Below, one piece after another: positions 47,826 through 57,333 of a stretch of DNA of 64,000 nucleotides (its first letter is position 1; each line of letters opens with the position of its first letter). Location: contig CBFFRQ010000043.1 of the NCBI GenBank assembly GCA_965644315.1, forward strand, positions 186,001 to 250,000, given 5' to 3'. Under the pieces are notes generated by a model. That model had not been told where the DNA came from and did not search any database. It saw only the letters and a list, made by a program, of their open reading frames with translations. The DNA comes from Caecitellus pseudoparvulus. Its lineage: Eukaryota; Protista; Bigyra: Bicosoecida. Made by a program: the position numbers and the translations under genes.

Positions 47826-48888
47826 ATGCGCGCACAGTGCTCTCGCCTCTGCGCTGCCCTCGCCATCGGACTCCTCGCTCTGAGCTTCCCGATGGCCACC
47901 GCCCGACGCACACGCCGAAACAGACGAGCCATGAGCACCTCCACGCACCTGCTCCAGGAGAGCAAGGCCATCGACAAGAACTTTGGAGGGGTGGCCACCC
48001 TGACGCCAGTTGGCGACCACACCGCCTCTGTCATCTTCATGCATGGACTGGGGGTGAGGCGTGGCATGGCAGGAAACGCAGGCGAAACAGCTTCCGCACG
48101 CCGCACCCCGGCTTCAAGTTCACAGGACACCAATGCAGGCTGGATTGGCAGCATCCAGCACATGGTTGCCCCTGCACTGCCCCATGTGCGCTTCGTCCTG
48201 CCCACAGCAGGAAAACTCCCCGTGGGTGGCAAACGTACTTTCCGCTACAACTGTCTGCCAGCCACCTCACCGCGCCCCGCCTCAGGTCACCATCAACGGC
48301 GGCATGCGCATGCCGGCATGGTATGACATCGTGTCCCTGGACGCTGAGCGCTCGACGCAGCTGTGCGACGGCATCCAGGAGTCCCAAGCCTACATCCAGA
48401 AGCTCGTCGCGCAGGAAGAGAGCGCCGGCATACCCTCTTCCCGCATCGTCCTGGCAGGCTTCTCCCAGGGCGGCGCCATGAGCCTGTTCACGGCGCTGCA
48501 GAGCAAGGAGCGCCTGGCAGGCGTCGCTTGCCTCTCAGGCTACCTGCCTGCCGCTGACGTGGCGGCGGAGCACTTCGGCGGCAGCCCCGTCACCCGCATC
48601 CCCATGGCATTCTTCCACGGCGACTCGGACCCCGTCGTGCGCCTGCAGTGGGCCAAGGACTCCCTCAAGGCCGCCGAGGCGCTGGGCGTCAAGAACACGC
48701 AGATGAAGGTGTACGCTGGCCTGGACCACGGCGCCTCGCAGGCTGAGCTGGAGGACGTGACGGCGTTCTTGACGCAAGTACTGCCGCAAGCCCCAGGCGA
48801 CTCGCCAGGCAGTGGTGAGGGGGACGAGGAGGGGGGAGGGGGAGGGCGAGGCCGCCCCACACGCTGCCGCTGCCTCGGGTGGCGATGA
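47826..48888 (+). CDS. Acyl-protein thioesterase / lysophospholipase (LYPLA1/2 family); introns 48054-48125 and 48222-48285
   Basis: VIFMHGLGD, FVLPTA..PVTINGGMRMPAWYDI, GFSQGG (Ser), HGDSDPVV (Asp), YAGLDH (His). Alternative start at 47931. Confidence 0.92.
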
Positions 48889-49111
48889 GTTGTGAGGGGC
48901 GGGCGGGAACTGCGCAATGCACCGCGTGTGAACAAGCGTTGGTCGCTGGTTATCGCCTCCCTAACCTGCAGAGAGGGCAAAGCTGTGCGGCGACCTCCAG
49001 CAGTGACGTGGTGCTGCTTGGCCATTGCTTGGGGCGGCAGGCTGTGACGTGCTGGACCCAGGCTGCTCCCCCGGGACCTATCCACCCACCACAAGGCAAG
49101 TGCAGCCAAGA

Positions 49112-50407
49112 TCAGGCACTGAGAGAGCGGCTCAGGTAGAGAGCAGATTCAGTTGATGTTAGAATACTTCTTGAGGCGGCTGGGGTGCAGAGCCTTCTCC
49201 ACAAAGCCCCCCCACAAAATGCTGTGGCTGCAGCAGGAAAACAGAGCCGACAATCCCACGAAGCATGGCAAGCATTTGCACCCCTCAAATTTCCCACATC
49301 GTAAAACTACATGCTACAATGCCTTTGCTGATCGGTATTCTGCCAGGGTTGGAGTTCTTCCTTGTCCGGAGTGGCTGGTTGAAAAGTACTGCACCCGCAA
49401 ACTGGCGCACGTCACCTTGCGGTGACTCAGAGCCAAGCTAGCGTGGCAATGAAGCCTTCCAACAGCCTGAGTTTTCTTTCTGTAGATGAACAGTAAATGC
49501 TACATTGTATGTGAAGCAATCAGTCCATAGCCTTTCTCAGAGCTTGCAGCAGAGGTGCAACCTCAGCTGGGCAGTAGCTCAAGTACTCCGGCGAACTTTG
49601 GGACTCTTCTATCCCGTTTTCGGACCAGCGGGTCACTCTGTGGATAGAGTGGGGTACTTAGTTCCTGTGTTATACTTCTTCTGAGCTATTCATGGGTGGA
49701 ATGTCAGGCACAGTGCAGAATCCGGGTCGGCGATGTGTTCGTGTGGCGTGGGGTCTCTTTTGCCCCGGTGACCCTGATTCCTGTCCATTCTTACGCATTC
49801 CAAGGTGTTCTTTTGGGTAAAGTCCGAGACGAAGGTGAAAAACAGGAGTGGCACTGGCTTTTGTGAGTCAACAGCGTCTCCGCCGACCTCGTGGACATCC
49901 AGCTCCACCTAGCTTCTGGCCAGTGACAAAGCTGGCTGATCTTGAACGCTGCTTCCACCCTTCCCCACCCAGGGGGCGGTGGCACTTCAGCAGTGATGCC
50001 TATGCCAGCAAGGACCTCTTTGATTGGCAAAGCATTGTGGCAGTTGGCCTTCAGTGCTCGCTGGAGCTCGTTCGCAGACAAGGCAGCCCCTCCCGCTGCC
50101 AAGTCTTTCTTCGCTTTCTTGGGGAGACAATGCGGTACTCGCTCTGGCGGGCTAAAAAGGTCGATTTCGACGTGAGCAACTCTGCTCGATCTACCGCGAT
50201 GTCGCCCGTCAGAAGCTGGGGGTTCACTGACTCGCACTACGTGAGCGGCTTTAGCAGTTCGACGCCATCCAGCTTCATGTGCACCGCTTCCATGATCATT
50301 GACCCTTCCTGGAGCTCCCACATTCGGATTTCTTGTGGATCACCTACTCTCTACGCCCCACATTGCGTCACCACCGGTCTGTGGCTCCTGCTCAACCCGA
50401 ACAACTC
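49112..50407 (-). pseudogene. Possible decayed 3' coding continuation of the repeat-module gene at 50408-52779
   Basis: The frame continues past TAA 50408 with protein-like stretches broken by stops (..DLT*ELFGLS..CGA*RVGDPQEIRMWELQEGSMIMEAVHMKLDGVELLKPLT*CESVNPQLL..) and then overlapping short ORFs in shifted frames. Lower boundary uncertain. Confidence 0.35.
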
Positions 50408-52779
50408 TTACGTCAAATCTGCCGCAGGTCGAAAGAACATGGACTGCAAGCCCTGGAAGAGTGTGTCTGGCATAGAGGCTGTGTATCGCTCCCAAAGGCT
50501 GTGCTGAGTTTGGGCACGGAGTGCAGGCCCGAAGTGCTGCCTTGCGAAAGCTGCCCAGTCTGACTCCTTCATGAAGAAGGGGGGAATTGACGTGCCTGCA
50601 GCAATGTCATGCACCAGCTGCGACGGCTCCCCCTCCATGCAGTGCTGCATGAACATCTCCTGTAGTATCAAACCCCGTTCCAGATTCGCGGGATCGCCCA
50701 AGAGCTCACACGCTCCGCGGAACACATGCGGGTCAAGCAATGCCAGCACGCTCCCAACATGTACTTTGCCCTGCACAGTACACACAAAGAGATGAGGACA
50801 GTGAAGCGCAAAGGCAGCCCAGGGCCAGGCAGCTCTTGGCGATGCAGCAGGCACACTCACATTTGACCGACACAGCGCTGCTTCTGCTGCCAGGACGGCG
50901 ATCTCGTCACACGAGTCGGCACGCAGCGCAGCAAGTGCACCCCGAACACGCGCCTGGTCCTCTGCACTGAGCTCCTCCAGCACTTCTTTCAACCAACAGG
51001 ACACGTACTCTTGCAAGTCTTGCACATCGCGATTTAGCCTTGCCTGCCGCAGTGCCGGCGCGAGGTCCTGCTGCAGGAACACCGTCCACGCGCCCTCTTC
51101 CACGCCCTCCAGTGCACGCAGCTTCCCCGAGTCGACGTCTTTCAGCAGCTCTCTAGGGCCTGTCTCGAAACACTGCAGAAAGAACTCTTCGTGCTGCTTA
51201 GCCGCCACTAGAGAGCTGGCCGGGGAGCCCGCCAATCCCTGCAGCTTGTGCAGCACACTTGGCCTCAGCACAGCCAGAGCAGAGTGTATGTCAAGCTTCC
51301 ACTGCGCAGTGCGCAAGCATGCAGGCGCGGTGAAACAAACGATGGCTGTGCTGTGCTTGGGGCGGGCCAACGCACATGGCAAGTACGCACCATTGCCCGA
51401 CACAGCGCTGCTTCTGCTGCCAGGACGGCGATCTCGTCACACGAGTCGGCACGCAGCGCAGCAAAGGCGGCCTTGAGCCGCGACTGGCTTGCACTGGGCA
51501 GCCTCTCCATCTCGCTTTCCAGCTCATCGGACACAACGTAGTGGAGGCGGTCTACGTGGGCGATGTGCCTTGCCTGCCTCAGGGCGGGTGCGAGGTCCTG
51601 TTCCAGGAACACCGTCCATGCAGCCGTATCCACGCCTCCTGGCACTGGCACAGATCCAGTGGCGATTTCATCCAGCAAGTCAAAGGGCCCGACGCGCATG
51701 CATCTCTGCACGAACGCTTCGTGCTGCTCGAAGCCTGCACCGTGCACGCAGGAGCCGAACAGCGCATACAACTTGCCGCACACAACTGGGTCCAACATCA
51801 CTAGAGCGCAATCCAACTCAAAAACAATCTGTGCCATGCACGAGCGCGCAGATTTGCAGTGAAATGGCAGCGCTCCCTCGCAGCCACGCCAGCAAAGAGA
51901 TGGTACGCACCACTGTCCTCAGCACCAAGTACTGTGCGACCAGAACAGCCGTTCTGTCGCACGAGCTGGCCTGCAGCGCAGCAACCGCCTTCAAAACTGA
52001 CTTCTGGTCATACTGGTGCATCTTCTGCATGAACGCATCGAAGTCAGCGGACAGCCTGTCGCGCATGTATGCCACTGCGCTCTCGGTGGGGTCCAACTCT
52101 AGCGCTGCATCCATCAGCTCCCGCATCAGGAGCTCCATGAAGGACTTGAAGTAGAGGGACGGGGGCAAGTAGTCGATCCCAGGCGGGCCGTCAAGGGACA
52201 TCGCTCGCCTCAGGTACGCCGGTCCCCACGGCATGCAATTCTGGTAGAACTCGCGGAAGTCTGCATGCGCACGGCCAGGGCTGCTTGCATCAGTGAAGTA
52301 CTCGAAACTTGCCTCCACAACGTCCGGATCCAGCAAGACAGACAGTGTGCTGGGATCGGGAGTCTTCTGTGGAAGCGCAGGCGTGGCGATGATTCGCCGT
52401 ACCAAGCGCCAAGCTGCAAGATCCACGTTACCTTGAAGGTGGCAACAGCGTGAATGGCGCTCTGGACAGCATCTTCTCTAATGCCGCTTGCTTGGAGTGC
52501 TCTGATCAGGGCTGTCACGTGTTGCTGGGCGGCCAGCTTCGGTGACTCGCCCTCGAAACGCAGGTGTGCCGAGAGCTTGCCAAGCTTTGAAGCAGGCTGA
52601 GGTTCAGGCAACTGTCCCTCAAGTGGAGACGGCATGACGACCATCTGGTTAATGCTGGCTTGTGGTACCGCCGTGTGCCCTGCAAGGGGCAGTGAAGACA
52701 TGGAGCGTGCCGTGTTGTGCCCTGTTTGGAGCAGGCTGCGTCCGGCGCAAGCCGCCGCCTGCACTGCTCTGGACAACAT
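50408..52779 (-). CDS. Unknown repeat-module protein A; 5 exons (52779-52432, 52366-51911, 51828-51391, 51301-50861, 50770-50408), presequence-like N-terminus
   Basis: Four phase-0 introns (GTAACG, GTGCGT, GTGCGT, GTGAGT .. CAG); exons 2-4 are 152, 146 and 147 aa and each ends in A(L/F/V)AAL(R/Q)A.SCD..AVL.A....(C/L)R; N-terminus MLSRAVQAAACAGRSLLQTGHNTARSMSS. Confidence 0.75.
50867..51464. repeat. Identical 68-bp direct repeat (50867-50934 and 51397-51464) at the 3' ends of duplicated exons
   Basis: CCGACACAGCGCTGCTTCTGCTGCCAGGACGGCGATCTCGTCACACGAGTCGGCACGCAGCGCAGCAA occurs twice, 530 bp apart. Confidence 0.93.
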
Positions 52780-53513
52780 GGCTTCCGACAAACGTGCAGC
52801 GAGACGAGGACAGTTAGTGCATCTGCTAAACATCGGGCGGGGGGTGAGTACTGAATGCTTCGCAGCACTGCGCCAGGTAGCCCACGTGGCGGCAGCGGAC
52901 AGAGTTTCACCCACGTTTCAGGCATGCACAAATGGACACGCAAACCCCAAGGCTTGGGAGGTGGAACGCGAGGGCTGGAACAATACCGGAGATGCCAAGC
53001 TCTGACTTTTCTATCGTTCGTTTGGGGAGCGTGCAGTTTTCTGGCCGGTTGCAAAAGCAGGGTCCACACTGAGCACGGGCTTCACAGCCCTGTCCACGAC
53101 CTCCTGCGTGTCTGCAGGCAACACATCCCACTGAGTTGCTCAGGTCCTACAGTCGCAGACTCGGCGCCTGGGCCTCGGCAGAGCTCAATTCGACACATGG
53201 TCTGAGGATCTTCTCTGCCTGGCCAAGTCCACTTCACGCATCCCACCGCCGCTCTCATGTTGAGGGGGCCACAACAACAAGGGCCACAGGCCAGGACGCC
53301 GTCATTCCGAAGAAGCAAACACTCTGCTTTCCACGAGCACCCAAATTTGAAGAACAAGTTCCAAAGCAGATTCATCCATCATGACTGCATGAGCTACTGG
53401 CTCCACACCGAGCCACCAGCGCACAGTCAAAGTGCAGTGCAGCAAAGTCACCCAGTCCCGCAGGCCATCTTCAGCCCCATCCCCTCGCGAAGCAAGGGCC
53501 GCTCAACACAAGA

Positions 53514-54254
53514 ATGGCAGGCTTCAATGGGGGCTCTTTCATCGATTTGACTGGGGAGGACGCCACGCCAGCGACAGTAAACGCTCCCAGCAGGCATCTG
53601 GCCCGTGCTTTGCAGGGCCAGCACACTTTAGACGGCGGCAACGAGGCCACCTCGACGAACAGCAGACAACCTCGCGTGGTCAGACGTCGGCGCAGGCCGA
53701 CACCGCCCCCAACTCGCTTTCCCCTCACTTCTCAAGACATGGTGCGCGGTGCTGCGGCCTTGGGCGGCTTTGCAAACCACACCCGTCTCGCACGCACTTT
53801 CCGCACGCAGGCGACACGTGAAACGCGCCCACGCCAGGGACCCTCGGGAGGCATGCAGGCCATGGGGCTCGGCATAGTTGGCACTGATCCAGAACGCAGC
53901 ATCACCCCGCTCCTTCCAGTCAACTCCTCGACGCACCAGGGCAGTGGGCGCCGTGCCCCGCAGTACGGCGCTGTCTCCCGCAGCGGCCAGCACCACGTGC
54001 ACAGGTATGCGCCCCCGCAGTGGCCCACCACAGCAGGGGGCGTCGCCTCGTCATTTGCTGGAAGTGCCTCCTTTGAACTGCAGGAGCGCTTGCGGCAGCA
54101 GGAGACCGTGCGGCGGATGGCCGAAGCCACCCGGCATGGCTGTGACGTTGCCATCATGCATGACGAGGGCATCGCAATTTTCCGGACAAAGCTATCGCGA
54201 GTTTCAGCTTACCAGCCGCTGTGTATGGGCTTCATAAGGCCACCGAACCGCTAA
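53514..54254 (+). CDS. Hypothetical protein, 246 aa, largely disordered, N-terminal SIM-like motif
   Basis: ATG-initiated ORF in lower-GC sequence with no competing long gene; FIDLTGED motif, Arg-rich patch and short helical C-terminal segment. Confidence 0.45.
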   Translation: MAGFNGGSFIDLTGEDATPATVNAPSRHLARALQGQHTLDGGNEATSTNSRQPRVVRRRRRPTPPPTRFPLTSQDMVRGAAALGGFANHTRLARTFRTQATRETRPRQGPSGGMQAMGLGIVGTDPERSITPLLPVNSSTHQGSGRRAPQYGAVSRSGQHHVHRYAPPQWPTTAGGVASSFAGSASFELQERLRQQETVRRMAEATRHGCDVAIMHDEGIAIFRTKLSRVSAYQPLCMGFIRPPNR

Positions 54255-54462
54255 GAGAGCAAAGATCCTCAAGGGAAGTGCCACCCTTACAGAGCACGCC
54301 ACGCTGCGGGGTTCCTGGCTGGGAACCGCGCGGTTTGCAGGGTTCGCCAGTATGAAGCTGGCTCTTGCTCTGCTGCTCGGACACAACCCTTTGCGCGGAG
54401 GCTTTCTGTACTTCTTTGTTCTCCAGTTCCCTGCAAACAATGGCCGCGCTAATGAGCTGGCC

Positions 54463-55518
54463 ATGCTGTCAACTGTACGCGGTCGAGTTTTGCTGTGCGC
54501 GCGGGCAGCAGCAGGGCACGCTGCTTTGCCGCCTCAGCATGTCACAGCATGGACGGCACGCACCGCTCTTACGGTGCAGCAAGTCAAGGTTTACCCAAGA
54601 CCTGAAACCTTCCCCCAGTTTCAAGTGTCTTTAGGAGGTGGTAGCCCGTCTGTGCTGTACACGACAGGTGCCGAGGCAGAGACGGCTCTGGAGTCACAAC
54701 TGAAATCCATGAACGCAAAAGGATCAGCACTAGTCCAAAGTCTGAGGGAATGCCATAAGGACCCTGAAGTCGTCCTCTGTGTTGCACAAGCTGTTGCTTC
54801 CTGCAAGGTAAGCTTTGCGTTGCCCGCTGGAGTAGCGGGAAAACTCAAATGCCTCGTGTGGTGTGCAGATTCCGAATTCCGCAACTATACGCGCCCTTCT
54901 CCACCCGACAATAGTGGCCACTGCTCATAATGCTTTCAAGAAATCCAGCAGCTCTGGTAGTGCTCTGGATCACCTGCGTGCGTTTATCGTGGGAAACGCA
55001 GAACTTCCACCGCAAGTGTTGCAAGACTTGCTCCATCTGGGTGGTCCACGAGAGTTCGGCGTTTTAATGAAGACAAATGAACTAGAGTTCTTCATGGTCC
55101 AACTTCGCAAGGAGTTGGAAAATCAAGTCCAAGTCGAGGCTCTGGAGCGCGAGGTGGAAACCATGAAAAAGCAAGTGGCTCATCACCTTGACGAAGCATT
55201 GAAGCCGCTCAGTGCAGAGTACCAGACTCGTGTCAAGAGAGCGCTTTCGGCGTTGCGGGACGACGCATTTGACGAGGTAGCTGTCCTGACAGCAGAAGCA
55301 GCGCTGTGTCGAGCAAAGGTGAGTGTGCTTCCTGCATCGCAAGGGCTACCTTGCTCCACGCACCCTGCTTGCCGCAACCGCGCCTCCATGCTCTTACGCT
55401 ATGCAGAAGAGAGTCAATGGAGGGTCTGCTATAGCTGTGCTCAAGCCCAGTGTGCTCCACGAGCTGCATGCATTGTTGGGCGCGCCAGCAGGTTCTCTCA
55501 TGGCAGTGGAGCAGCATG
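54463..55518 (+). pseudogene. Repeat-module paralogue B, interrupted in exon 3 by the transposon; exons 54463-54807, 54869-55318, 55407-55518
   Basis: Same exon layout as paralogue A (exon 1 115 vs 116 aa, both ending AVA..K|GTAA); exon 2 ends RVKRALSALRDDAFDEVAVLTAEAALCRAK; exon 3 SAIAVLKPSVLHELHALLGAPAGSLMAVEQH matches A exon 4 SALAVLRPSVLHKLQGLAGSPASSLVAAKQH and stops at the TIR. Confidence 0.78.
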
Positions 55519-55520
55519 CC

Positions 55521-55534
55521 GTCATGAGATTTTC
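55521..55534 (+). repeat. Left terminal inverted repeat
   Basis: GTCATGAGATTTTC; extends to CCGTCATGAGATTTTC (from 55519) at 14/16 identity with the right end. Confidence 0.78.
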
Positions 55535-55666
55535 GGGGGGGGGGCGACATGCCTTTTGGGGGGTTGCCCTCGAAGGGGTATAGGGGTGTGGGGCAAACTC
55601 CTTTTTGTGGGGGTGGGGCAGACACCCACTTTGGGGGGGGGGTGGTGCAAACACCCTCTTTGGGGG
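55535..55666 (+). repeat. Subterminal G-rich degenerate direct repeats (~25-30 bp x 3-4)
   Basis: GGGGTGTGGGGCAAACTCCTTTTTG, GGGGGTGGGGCAGACACCCACTTTG, GGGGGTGGTGCAAACACCCTCTTTG, plus a weaker copy starting at 55535. Confidence 0.65.
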
Positions 55667-57333
55667 TACCCAGGCGAACTGCTGGCAGGCTGTGCATTGC
55701 AGGCAGGGGGCGGGGGGGGGGGTCTACGGCACCTTGCAGCTCGCGCTGGCCATCAAACTGTCACCAGGCGGTGTTGCGCACTGCAATGCATGCCCTGCGT
55801 CCACGGCACCCGCCTCGGAGCACTCACGCCTCAGGCCACGTGCCTTTGCCGCCGCCCGCCTCTGCCGCCGCGCACCTCTCAGTCCGCCAAGCTCTGTGGG
55901 GAGCCTCTCCAAGTCATTCAGGGTGGTACACCAGTTATTCTGCAGCATCGCGTACCGGAAGGCCTGCGCAGGTGGGGGGAGGAGGCTCGCGTGGCTCTGT
56001 ACCTTGACACCAGCAGTCACGTCGTAGCCGCTCCCTGCACAAGGCACCAGCGCAGCAGCCCCTCGCACTCACCCCATTTTGGCTGGCGCCGTGGTGGGAC
56101 TTGCCCCTCATGATCAGGCCGTCGGGTCTTCCATTCCTGTGAAGGGGCGGCAGTGGCTCGGGTGATGGTGTGGGAGTGCCAGGCACCGGCTGCAACGCCA
56201 GGCATGGGGACGAGCGCATGACGGCCACGCACCGCTCAGGCCATCCCAGTACAGTATGCGGCATTCAGGGAGATACTTGGATCATCCAAGTGGGCCCTGC
56301 GAATGGCCAGAGGGGTGGTGTGTGTGCGTCGCGGGTGAGGGAGTTCGCCTGCGCAGAGGGGTGGCGTTGGAGGCAGGCAGCACCAGCGCCCGGCGCATGC
56401 AGTCCCACCCACCCACACAAGAAACTGCCGCGCTTTCAATAGGTACCGACAAACATCATGTCAATGGTGTCTTTTCTGCGGCGCTGGGGCTGGCACGAGT
56501 GTGCGGGGGTGCCTTGGAACATGACACGGCGTTTCGCGCAAACGCCGCGCATAGGCGGGTGCTACCCCTGTCCCAACGCACCGCTGAAGCCATCCATGGA
56601 GCACAGTCCGCGATGCAACAAGGTCAAGTTTCTCGAAAGGGCATGCTCTGGCAGGGGGAGCTCGGGTAGGGGGGCGCCTGCACGCAGAGGGGTCTGTGTG
56701 TGACTCGGCTTTGCAACGCCAATGCTGAACCCGCGTGCTAGGCCCCTGCACGAACCTGCAGCCTGCGATGGCGTCTGCAGGCCATGAGGTGTACAGCTCT
56801 TCACGACACTATCCGGCTCACTGCGCAGGAGAGGGCGACAGGCGGGAGCGGAGGAGGTGACATGTCCCATGCCGTTGCAGGCGAAACGCCCGGCACGCAA
56901 GCTGTGCGCCGCTCACTTCTGTGTACTCGTGCAGCGACAGGCAGGCCGAGGCTAAGGCCATGTGCAAACGTACGCTACCATGGGGACTTGACTTGCACCG
57001 TTCAGATTTGCGCTGGGATCAGAAAGTGTCCCTATGCGGACGGGGGGGGGGGGGGTGGGTTCTTCTGATGCTGGTCCGTTGCTTCCTTGTCACACGGGCG
57101 AAGGGCCAGGCGGGGTGCGCTTCCAGTGGTGTGGCGGTTGCATGGGCCACAGGGGTGCAGCTGTTCCTCAGCGCCAAGCTGGGGGTGTTGCACGCAAGCG
57201 AACGCTGGCACGCCGGAATAGCTTGCATTGCGCTGACGGGCGTGCGGTGGGGATATGAGTGGCTGCGATGTCACCAGCCTCAGAGCAGGCATACGCACAC
57301 GACATGGATGCCCTGTACCGAGGGTACTTATCA

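Noticed and set aside
50230-50410. Non-standard genetic code (TAA/TAG read as Gln) to explain in-frame stops
   Set aside because: Conserved genes in the window end at TAG (SLC52, kinase, myosin, glycosyltransferase) and have no internal TAA/TAG; decay is simpler.
49848-50507. Plus-strand 219-aa ORF
   Set aside because: Non-ATG start, no motif, and antisense to the end of the repeat-module gene.
54863-56113. ORF 54863..56113 as a 416-aa protein
   Set aside because: It reads through an intron (55319-55406) and then out of frame into the transposon end; only 54869-55318 is coding in that frame.
56265-56267. Selenocysteine codon in the cryptic exon chain
   Set aside because: No redox motif context and no SECIS element that I could identify.
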